DNA from: an uncultured Anaerolineales bacterium
GTDB lineage: Bacteria > Chloroflexota > Anaerolineae > Anaerolineales > UBA11858
Assembly: GCA_964544065.1 (NCBI GenBank)
Contig: CAZJBA010000004.1
Span: 1 to 37,719, forward strand
Length of the DNA: 37,719 nucleotides
Direction: 5' to 3'
Shown here: positions 19,158 to 26,287 of the stretch, one piece after another
How positions within the stretch are numbered: the stretch's first letter is position 1
Layout: each line of letters opens with the position of its first letter
The notes under the pieces: generated by a model
The model's input: only the letters and a program-made list of their open reading frames with translations
What the model was told of the DNA's origin: nothing
Databases searched by the model: none
Position numbers and translations under genes: made by a program

Positions 19158-19505
19158 CTCAACCCATCATCTAGATTGGTTCAGTTTTCTCCGTTGACCC
19201 GACATTCCTGCCTATACTGTGCCAACCACGTAAGCGGTGATGTAACCTATCAGGCGTTCTCTCTTGTCGTTCTCGCGTAAAGAGGCTACTGTCTTACCTG
19301 GAGCAGCGAATGGCCCTGCTACCCAGTTCTTCTTGGCAAACACCAGCCGCGATCATGTGTAAGGACCAACACATGGGGGGTATCCGATTCGCGCCGGCAA
19401 ATCCCATCGTTGCTCCAAGAACGGATCCATGCGCTCAATCTGTGCGATTGGGCGTGCTTTCACCCATCTCCCCACCCCACTCTTTCACGGCAAATCTGGA
19501 GTAAC

Positions 19506-22500
19506 ATGAACGCAAACCACGCTGCAAAAACAAAATCACATACATCCACCCCCGTTGGAGCTGTCATGGTTGTCGGCGGCGGCATCGCCGGGATGCAGGC
19601 CTCGCTCGACCTGGCAGAACAGGGCTTCAAAGTCTACATGGTCGAAAAAGAGTCAGCCATCGGGGGAAAAATGGCACAACTGGATAAGACCTTTCCCACC
19701 AACGATTGCGCCATGTGTACCATCTCGCCAAAATTGGTCGAAACAGGGAGGCATCCGAACATCGATATTTTGACCAACAGTGAGGTGGTCGATATAACCG
19801 GTCAGGCGGGCAATTTTCGCGCCCAAGTGAACCAGCAACCCCGCTACGTTGACCTGGAAAAATGCGTGGCCTGCGGCGACTGCCTCGAGGTCTGCCCCGT
19901 AGAGGTGATCGACACCTTCAACGAAGGCTTGGTGGACCAACATGCCATCTACCAACACTACCCGCAAGCCGTCCCCAATGCCTTTGCGATCCAAAAACGC
20001 GGCATCGCCCCGTGCCGAGACGCCTGTCCGGCCAGTCAACGCGCCCAAGGGTATATCGCTCTGATTCGTGAAGGTCGTTGGGATGAAGCCTTACGGGTCA
20101 TCAAAATGGATAACCCCTTCCCCGGCATTTGCGGACGCATCTGCAATCATCGCTGCGAGGATGCCTGTAACCGGGGCGAAGTCGACGAAGCGATCAATAT
20201 CCGCGCCCTCAAGCGGTTCGTCACCGATAAAGTTTACCAAAACCCAAGAGAACCGGTTGAGCCGGTCGAGATCAAATACCCCGACAAACGCGTGGCCATC
20301 ATCGGGGCGGGACCGTGCGGACTGACCACGGCCCAAGACATCATTCGGGAAGGATACCCCGTCACCGTGTTCGAGGCCATGCCTGTTGCCGGTGGTATGC
20401 TGCGCCTGGGCGTGCCCGAATATCGCTTGCCCAACGAAATCATCGAACGTGAGGTCAACGACATCATCGACTTAGGGGTGGATTTACGCCTCAACCACCA
20501 AGTCGACGATCTCGATGAAATCTTCCAGGAAGGCTTCGAATCCGTGCTCATCGCGGTGGGGGCGCATGAGGGCATCCGTCTACCGATCCCTGGCGCCAAT
20601 CTTGATGGCGTCTTGATCAACACTCATTTCTTGAAAGACGTCCGCCTGGGCAATTATGAAGATGGGAACCGTGACGCCCCGCCTTTGGGCGAGCGAGTGC
20701 TGGTATTGGGGGGTGGCAACGTGGCCATCGACTGCGCTCGCAGCGCCGTCCGGTTGGGGCGTGAAGTGCACCTGGCCTGCCTGGAGGGCCGCGACGAAAT
20801 GCCCGCCCACGAGTGGGAGATCCAAGCAGCCAAAGAAGAGGGCGTCCACCTGCATCCAGGCCGCACCTTCGAGCGCATTCTCAGCAACCACGAAGACCAT
20901 GTTCAGGGCGTAGAATGCTCTCAGGTGGCCTCCTTCCATTTCGACGAGAGCGGCAACCTGCATCTGGAAAAAGAACCCGACTCAACCCATGTGCTCGATT
21001 GCGACACAGTGATCTTCTCGGTGGGGCAGCGGGCGGGTTTAGCTTTCATCCCTGACGACTCCGGGGTAGGATTGACCGACAAGCAAACCATTGCCATCAA
21101 TCCGAACACGTTTGCAACCAGTCGACCGGGCGTATTTGCCGCCGGAGACAGCGTCTCAGGAACGGCCTTCGTCATCGAGGCAGTCGCCAACGGCCATAAG
21201 GCGGCCCAATCGATCTTGCGTTATTTGAAAGGCCAACCCCTGGAGCCAGAGCCCGAACCCGAGCTCCCGGTCGTGAATCTGACTCAACAAGAGATTGACA
21301 ACCGCATCGAGCGAGGCGAGATCGAGCCGCAACCGCGCGTGCCCTTGCCGGAGCTTCCCGTTGATCAACGGGTGACCAACTTTGCTGAGGTGGAGGGTGG
21401 CTACGATGATGAAAGCGCCCAAGCCGAAGCTGCCCGCTGTTTGTCTTGCGGCATTTGCTCCGAGTGCTGGTCATGCGTGTTCGAGTGCGGCCGCGACGCG
21501 ATCATCCACACCGACACCGCAAAGCGGCATTCCCTCAACGTCGGAGCGGTTCTATTGGCGCCCGGCTACCAGATTTACAACGCCCATCTTTCCAGGGAAT
21601 TTGGGCTGGGCCGCTACCCCAACGTGATCACATCGCTTCAATATGAGCGTATGCTCTCGGCCAGCGGGCCAACCGGCGGGCACGCCCGGCGCCCATCCGA
21701 CCAAAAGAGCCCCAAACGAATCGCCTTCTTGCAGTGTGTCGGCAGCCGCGACCAGAGCCACGATTATTGCTCCTCGGTGTGCTGCATGTACGCGGCCAAA
21801 GAAGCGATCATGACCATCGAACACGCCAGAGCCGAGGCGCGTGATGGCAACGGCGACGGCGACGTTCAGTGCCAAGTTTTCTTCATGGACACACGCGCCT
21901 ACAGCAAAGGTTACGAGGAATACTATCATCGCGCCGAGGAAAAATACGGCGTCGAATACACCCGCTGCCGTTTGAGCGAAGTCAAAGAAGCGCCCGACTC
22001 GAATAATTTGATCGTGCGTTATGCAGCACCCTACGAAGGTCGAGATGAAATCCTCGAGAAAGAATTCGACCTGGTGGTTTTATCTGTTGGGATGGAAATT
22101 TCCGACTCGGTCAAAACGCTAGGGCAACAATTGGGGGTAGAACTCGACTCCTACGGCTTTTGCCACACCACCCTGTTTGACCCTCTCCAGACCAGCCGAC
22201 CAGGCATTTACGCGGCCGGCCCCTTCCGCGAACCAAAAGATATTCCCGAAACCGTCATGGAGGCCAGTGGAGCAGCCGCCAATGCGGCTCAATTATTGGC
22301 CCCCTCAAGACACACGCTGGCCGTGCAGCAAGAATATCCCCCAGAGCAAGATGTATCGGGACAAGAAGCCCGCATCGGTGTATTTGTGTGCCACTGCGGC
22401 AGCAACATCGGCGGCTACCTGGATGTCCCCAATGTGGCCGAATATGCCGCGTCCTTTCCCGGTGTGGTTCACGCAGAAGACAACCTGTATACCTGCTCGC

Positions 22501-24188
22501 AAGACACGATCGCGCACATCATCGAGCAAGTCCAGGAGCAGAACTTGAATCGGGTCGTGGTGGCCTCCTGCACGCCGATCACTCATGAACCCCTGTTCCA
22601 AGACGCCATCCGCCAAGCGGGTTTGAATCCCCACCTCTTCGAGATGGCCAACATCCGCAATCAATGTTCCTGGGTCCATTCAGACGAGTGGGACACAGCC
22701 ACCCAAAAAGCCAAATCGCTGGTGCGGATGAGCATCGCCCGTTCGGCGGAACTTGAATCACTGGAAATCTCGGAAGTGGAAGTCGAGCATGCCGCCCTGA
22801 TCATCGGCGGGGGCGCGGCCGGGATGGCCGCAGCGCTCAACCTGGCCAACCAGGGCTTCCCCGTCCACTTGGTCGAACGTGAAAACGAACTCGGCGGCAA
22901 CCTGCGGAAATTGCGCTATTTTGTCGATGAAAAAATTGTGCGCAAAGGCAACGGCGAGGGGTCTAGCTCGCAAACGCCTCGCCAGTATCTCGCTGCGACG
23001 GTTGAAAAAGTCAAGCAGCACCCCTTGATCACCACCCACTTGAACACGGAACTCGTCGACACGGACGGCTTCAAGGGCAACTTCACTTCCAAGCTTGACC
23101 AACAAGGGATAATTCACCAAATCCAACATGGCGTCATCATCGTCGCGACGGGCGGTGAAGAGTACAAAGGCAGCGAATATGGTTATGGCGACCATTCCCG
23201 CATCGTGACACAGTTGGAATTCGAGACCTTGCTGGCATCGCAAGAGGCCTATCAAGACCAGGCGCCAGCATCCACGCTGGCCGACTGTGTGCCCAACAAC
23301 GTCGTCATGATCCTGTGCGTTGGCCCGGCCGAAAAATATTGCAGCCGCATCTGCTGCACCACCGCGCTCAAAAACGCGCTCAAGCTCAAGGAACTAAACC
23401 CCGACGCCGAGATCACAATTCTTTATCACGACATTCGCACCTACGGATTCAAGGAACGCGTATATACGGAGGCGCGCCGCGCCGGGGTGCGATTCATCCA
23501 CTACAAGTTTGACAAAAAACCAAAAGTTGATGTCATGCCCACGCGGCGGGATCAGTCCTCCTTGATCACCGTAGATGTGTGGGAGCCGGTTCTGAAGCGG
23601 GAGATTCGCTTGAACCCCGACCTTCTGGTTCTCTCCACGCCGGTTGTTCCCGCCGATGGAACCCGAGAACTGGCGAGTCAGCTCAAGCTGTCCACCGACA
23701 TGGACGGCTTCTTCCTGGAAGCCCATGTCAAGCTGCGCCCGGTGGACTTCTCCGCTGATGGCGTCTTCATGGCAGGGATGGCCCACTATCCCAAATTCCT
23801 GGATGAGACCATTGCCCAGGCACAGGCCGCCGCTTCGCGAGCATCCCGGGTTCTGGCCCAAGAAACGATGATGACCAACGCCCGCGTCGCCCACGTTGAC
23901 CCAGAAAAATGTGTCGGCTGCCTGACCTGTGTGCGGCTCTGCCCCTATGACGTCCCCAAAGTGACGCTAGAGCACACCGGCGTTGGCGAAATCGGTGGAG
24001 CGGCCTACATTGAGCCGGCTGTCTGCCACGGCTGTGGCTCCTGCGCTTCGGAGTGCCCGGCCCAAGCCATCCAGTTGTTGCATTACAAAGACATACAAAC
24101 GCTACGCAAAGTTGATGCTTTGTTCACTCTCCCCACAACCAAAGAAAAAGAACCGGTTCCAACAAGCACCGGCAAAGAGACCAGATAA
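19506..24188 (+). CDS. Giant HdrA-like flavoprotein with an inserted GltD/NfnB-like NAD(P)H oxidoreductase module and a second HdrA-like module (HdrL-type), copy 1
   Basis: About 1560 aa from the ATG at 19506 (GGAG upstream); the track ORF opens earlier at 19410. Motifs in order: GGGIAGMQASLDLA, DKTFPTNDCAMC, CVACGDCLEVCP, the GltD-like block CRDACPASQRAQGYI...PFPGICGRICNHRCEDACNR, IIGAGPCGL, LGGGNVAIDCARSA, VFAAGD, CLSCGICSECWSCVFEC, the HdrA signature FLQCVGSRD..YCSSVCCMYA, VFVCHCGSNIGGY, a second GGGAAGMAAALNLA, YCSRICCT, and terminal CVGCLTCVRLCP / CHGCGSCASECP. Confidence 0.88.
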   Translation: MNANHAAKTKSHTSTPVGAVMVVGGGIAGMQASLDLAEQGFKVYMVEKESAIGGKMAQLDKTFPTNDCAMCTISPKLVETGRHPNIDILTNSEVVDITGQAGNFRAQVNQQPRYVDLEKCVACGDCLEVCPVEVIDTFNEGLVDQHAIYQHYPQAVPNAFAIQKRGIAPCRDACPASQRAQGYIALIREGRWDEALRVIKMDNPFPGICGRICNHRCEDACNRGEVDEAINIRALKRFVTDKVYQNPREPVEPVEIKYPDKRVAIIGAGPCGLTTAQDIIREGYPVTVFEAMPVAGGMLRLGVPEYRLPNEIIEREVNDIIDLGVDLRLNHQVDDLDEIFQEGFESVLIAVGAHEGIRLPIPGANLDGVLINTHFLKDVRLGNYEDGNRDAPPLGERVLVLGGGNVAIDCARSAVRLGREVHLACLEGRDEMPAHEWEIQAAKEEGVHLHPGRTFERILSNHEDHVQGVECSQVASFHFDESGNLHLEKEPDSTHVLDCDTVIFSVGQRAGLAFIPDDSGVGLTDKQTIAINPNTFATSRPGVFAAGDSVSGTAFVIEAVANGHKAAQSILRYLKGQPLEPEPEPELPVVNLTQQEIDNRIERGEIEPQPRVPLPELPVDQRVTNFAEVEGGYDDESAQAEAARCLSCGICSECWSCVFECGRDAIIHTDTAKRHSLNVGAVLLAPGYQIYNAHLSREFGLGRYPNVITSLQYERMLSASGPTGGHARRPSDQKSPKRIAFLQCVGSRDQSHDYCSSVCCMYAAKEAIMTIEHARAEARDGNGDGDVQCQVFFMDTRAYSKGYEEYYHRAEEKYGVEYTRCRLSEVKEAPDSNNLIVRYAAPYEGRDEILEKEFDLVVLSVGMEISDSVKTLGQQLGVELDSYGFCHTTLFDPLQTSRPGIYAAGPFREPKDIPETVMEASGAAANAAQLLAPSRHTLAVQQEYPPEQDVSGQEARIGVFVCHCGSNIGGYLDVPNVAEYAASFPGVVHAEDNLYTCSQDTIAHIIEQVQEQNLNRVVVASCTPITHEPLFQDAIRQAGLNPHLFEMANIRNQCSWVHSDEWDTATQKAKSLVRMSIARSAELESLEISEVEVEHAALIIGGGAAGMAAALNLANQGFPVHLVERENELGGNLRKLRYFVDEKIVRKGNGEGSSSQTPRQYLAATVEKVKQHPLITTHLNTELVDTDGFKGNFTSKLDQQGIIHQIQHGVIIVATGGEEYKGSEYGYGDHSRIVTQLEFETLLASQEAYQDQAPASTLADCVPNNVVMILCVGPAEKYCSRICCTTALKNALKLKELNPDAEITILYHDIRTYGFKERVYTEARRAGVRFIHYKFDKKPKVDVMPTRRDQSSLITVDVWEPVLKREIRLNPDLLVLSTPVVPADGTRELASQLKLSTDMDGFFLEAHVKLRPVDFSADGVFMAGMAHYPKFLDETIAQAQAAASRASRVLAQETMMTNARVAHVDPEKCVGCLTCVRLCPYDVPKVTLEHTGVGEIGGAAYIEPAVCHGCGSCASECPAQAIQLLHYKDIQTLRKVDALFTLPTTKEKEPVPTSTGKETR

Positions 24189-24219
24189 CGCCACCATCAA
24201 AACAGGATATGAAAACACC

Positions 24220-24669
24220 ATGACCAAGGACTTTAGCCCCGAAATCGTCGCTTTTTGCTGCCACTATTGCGCTTATGCAGCCGCTGACCTGGCCGGATCT
24301 ATGCGCTTAGAATATCCCCCCGCCATCAAGGTAATCAAATTGCCTTGCTCCGGCAAGGTCGACCCGCTCTATATCCTGCGGGCATTCGAGGACGGCGCCG
24401 ACGGCGTTCTCACGGCCGGTTGACTGCCGGGAGACTGTCATTACCTGGAAGGTAATCTACAAGCCCGCAGAAGAGTTGAATACGCTAGAAAGCTGATCGA
24501 AGAAATCGGCCTGGATGGCCGCCGACTTCAAATGATCAATGTATCTGCAGCCATGGGAGGCCAATTCGCTTTCTCCGTTGCAGAGATGACGGCAGAGATC
24601 AAACGGATGGGGCCCAGCCCTTTCCGAAAAAATGGAAAGGAACAACTTGGAGGAGGGCAGCATGAATGA
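24220..24669 (+). CDS. mvhD: MvhD/FlpD-family [2Fe-2S] electron-transfer subunit, predicted selenoprotein (in-frame TGA at 24421-24423 read as Sec, residue 68)
   Basis: N-terminus IVAFCCHYCAYAAADLAG...LPCSGKVD...FEDGADGVLTAG-TGA-LPGDCHYLEGN. The same frame stays open for 81 more codons to the TGA at 24667-24669. The TGA replaces the first Cys of the family motif G-C-x-x-G-D-C-H-Y-x-x-G-N. Confidence 0.8.
24421..24467 (+). promoter_or_regulatory. Candidate bacterial SECIS element downstream of the mvhD1 UGA
   Basis: Hairpin ATTACC (24440-24445), loop TGGAA, GGTAAT (24451-24456), starting 19 nt after the T of TGA. A possible lower stem is CGGG (24428-24431) / CCCG (24464-24467). The same hairpin occurs at the same offset in mvhD2. 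Confidence 0.55.
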
Positions 24670-25057
24670 GCAACCTTATATCTTGATTGTGGATGATGAT
24701 CCTGACATCCTGGATGGTATTTGCACCATCTTAGAAACGCAGGATTATCGTTTAGAGACAGCGCGGGATGGGGTCCAATGCCTCGAATTGCTCGGCGAAG
24801 AGAAACCCGATCTACTAATCTTGGACCTGCTGATGCCGCGTATGGATGGCTGGGGCGTGATCCGCGAAATGCGCAGCCAAGCCTGCTTTTCCGATGTTCC
24901 TGTTATGGTGCTGACCACTGTAGTGGAAGATGCCAGCCGACGCCGCTACGAACTGGAGACAGGCATGGCCATGGATGTGCAAGAATACATCGAAAAGCCA
25001 GCCCGTCCCGATAACCTACTGCGACACGTAGAGAATCTACTGCAATGGAAAAAGTAA
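24662..25057 (+). CDS. Stand-alone CheY-like response regulator receiver protein
   Basis: YILIVDDDPD, DLLILDLLMPRMDG, YIEKP, no output domain. The ATG at 24662 follows GGAGGAGGG and overlaps the mvhD1 stop (ATGAATGA). Confidence 0.85.
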   Translation: MNEQPYILIVDDDPDILDGICTILETQDYRLETARDGVQCLELLGEEKPDLLILDLLMPRMDGWGVIREMRSQACFSDVPVMVLTTVVEDASRRRYELETGMAMDVQEYIEKPARPDNLLRHVENLLQWKK

Positions 25058-26268
25058 CTGATACGCTTTCCGTCATCGCCGACCGCCTGGGTCGATCCGA
25101 AGTGTTCAACACACTTCCGGAAGATGATCTGCTGGAAATCGCGAAACTCTGCACCGAAAAGAGCTACCCAGACGACCGAACCATCTTCCAAGAAGGCAAG
25201 CCGTCAGAAAATTTCTTAGTTGTGGAACGCGGCAAGTTGGCGATCGAAAAGAAAATCCAGATCGGCAGACACTCCACACGGCGCAATGCAACGATTGCGT
25301 ATGTCGGCCCCAACCAAGTAGCCGGTTTTTCAACCATCGCTTCTCCCCACACGCATTCCGCCTCTGTTATGACCGTTGAGCCAACCCGCGTTCTTGAAAT
25401 CAACGGTCAACAATTACGCCAGTATTTATCGTCCCATCCGAAAGCAGGATATCAGGTCTCAATCCGCCTGCTCAACCTTGTAAGTGGCCGCTACCGCAGC
25501 GCCACGAATACGCTAACCTACTTCCTCTCGATCGTCTCGCACGAATTACGCTCACCGCTAGCAGCGATTGAAAACTATCTGCGCACAATTCTGGGCGGGT
25601 TTGCTGGCGACCTGAATGCCAAGCAAGAGCGGATGATGAAACGCTGCATCCTGAGAGTCACCGATCTTTCAGCTTTGATCAGCAATGTCGTCGATTTGGC
25701 CCGCATGCGCCCGGAGCAAATCCAGGCTGACTTCGAGTGGTTTGACCCGGCGGAAGTGGGCATGGAATCAATCGATGACGCTCGCTTGGCCGCCTCGGAA
25801 AAGGGCGTCGAACTCAACATTGAGCCGCCCCCCAACTTCGAGCCCATCATTGGCGCACGGCGACGCATGCGCCAGGTTTTCACCAACCTGTTGACTAACG
25901 CGATCAAGTTCGCCCCCGAAGAATCAACCGTGACATTCCGGGCCTGGTACGAGCCAGAAGAATTAATTTTCGAAGTCGAAGACCAGGGCCCTGGCATCCC
26001 TCCCAACGAATTGCCCCACATTTTCAAGGATTTCTTTCGGGGCAGCAATGTCAAAGGGTCAGCGGGGACGGGCCTAGGCCTCTCGATTACCAAGAAAATT
26101 ATGGATGCCCATGAAGGTGACATCGTCGTCAAGAACGTCTACGATGACGAAGGCGAGATTAGCGGCACCCGCTTCACGGTTCATATTCCGCGCGATCTGA
26201 AAACCCCTGAGATGCGTAGACAAGCCTGGAGAACAGAGGGCGAAGCCGAAATGGGAGCTAACTTTTAG
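25045..26268 (+). CDS. Soluble histidine kinase with an N-terminal Crp/cNMP-binding-like sensor domain
   Basis: The N-terminal ~140 aa resemble a cyclic-nucleotide-binding beta-barrel (FQEGKPSENFLVVERGKLAI). Followed by H-box SIVSHELRSPL and an HATPase_c domain (DQGPGI, GTGLGLSI). No hydrophobic helices. Overlaps the receiver gene by 13 nt. Confidence 0.82.
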   Translation: MEKVTDTLSVIADRLGRSEVFNTLPEDDLLEIAKLCTEKSYPDDRTIFQEGKPSENFLVVERGKLAIEKKIQIGRHSTRRNATIAYVGPNQVAGFSTIASPHTHSASVMTVEPTRVLEINGQQLRQYLSSHPKAGYQVSIRLLNLVSGRYRSATNTLTYFLSIVSHELRSPLAAIENYLRTILGGFAGDLNAKQERMMKRCILRVTDLSALISNVVDLARMRPEQIQADFEWFDPAEVGMESIDDARLAASEKGVELNIEPPPNFEPIIGARRRMRQVFTNLLTNAIKFAPEESTVTFRAWYEPEELIFEVEDQGPGIPPNELPHIFKDFFRGSNVKGSAGTGLGLSITKKIMDAHEGDIVVKNVYDDEGEISGTRFTVHIPRDLKTPEMRRQAWRTEGEAEMGANF

Positions 26269-26287
26269 AAAGAAACCTTATGCAACT

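Noticed and set aside
19194-19218. TTGACC ... TATACT as a second promoter inside the hdrL1 leader
   Set aside because: The spacer is only 13 nt, which is incompatible with sigma70-type spacing.
19077-19504. Short ORFs (67 and 64 aa) and the upstream extension of hdrL1 from 19410
   Set aside because: They use non-ATG or weak starts, have no Shine-Dalgarno, and are compositionally odd. The N-terminus of paralog hdrL2 aligns with the ATG at 19506, so the region is treated as a leader.
21735-21737. Possible selenocysteine in the HdrA-like proteins at the FLQ-C-VGSRD position (also 28505-28507)
   Set aside because: Both copies have an ordinary TGT Cys codon there, and both giant ORFs are uninterrupted, so there is no recoding in hdrL.
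24421-24423. Reading the TGA (and its twin at 31055-31057) as a true stop, giving truncated ~66-residue MvhD fragments or pseudogenes
   Set aside because: Both paralogs keep the frame open for 70-81 codons after the TGA, and the continuation completes the conserved GDCHY..GN motif and the rest of the family fold. The TGA aligns with a conserved Cys, and the same hairpin follows at the same offset. Two independent nonsense mutations at the homologous codon are implausible.
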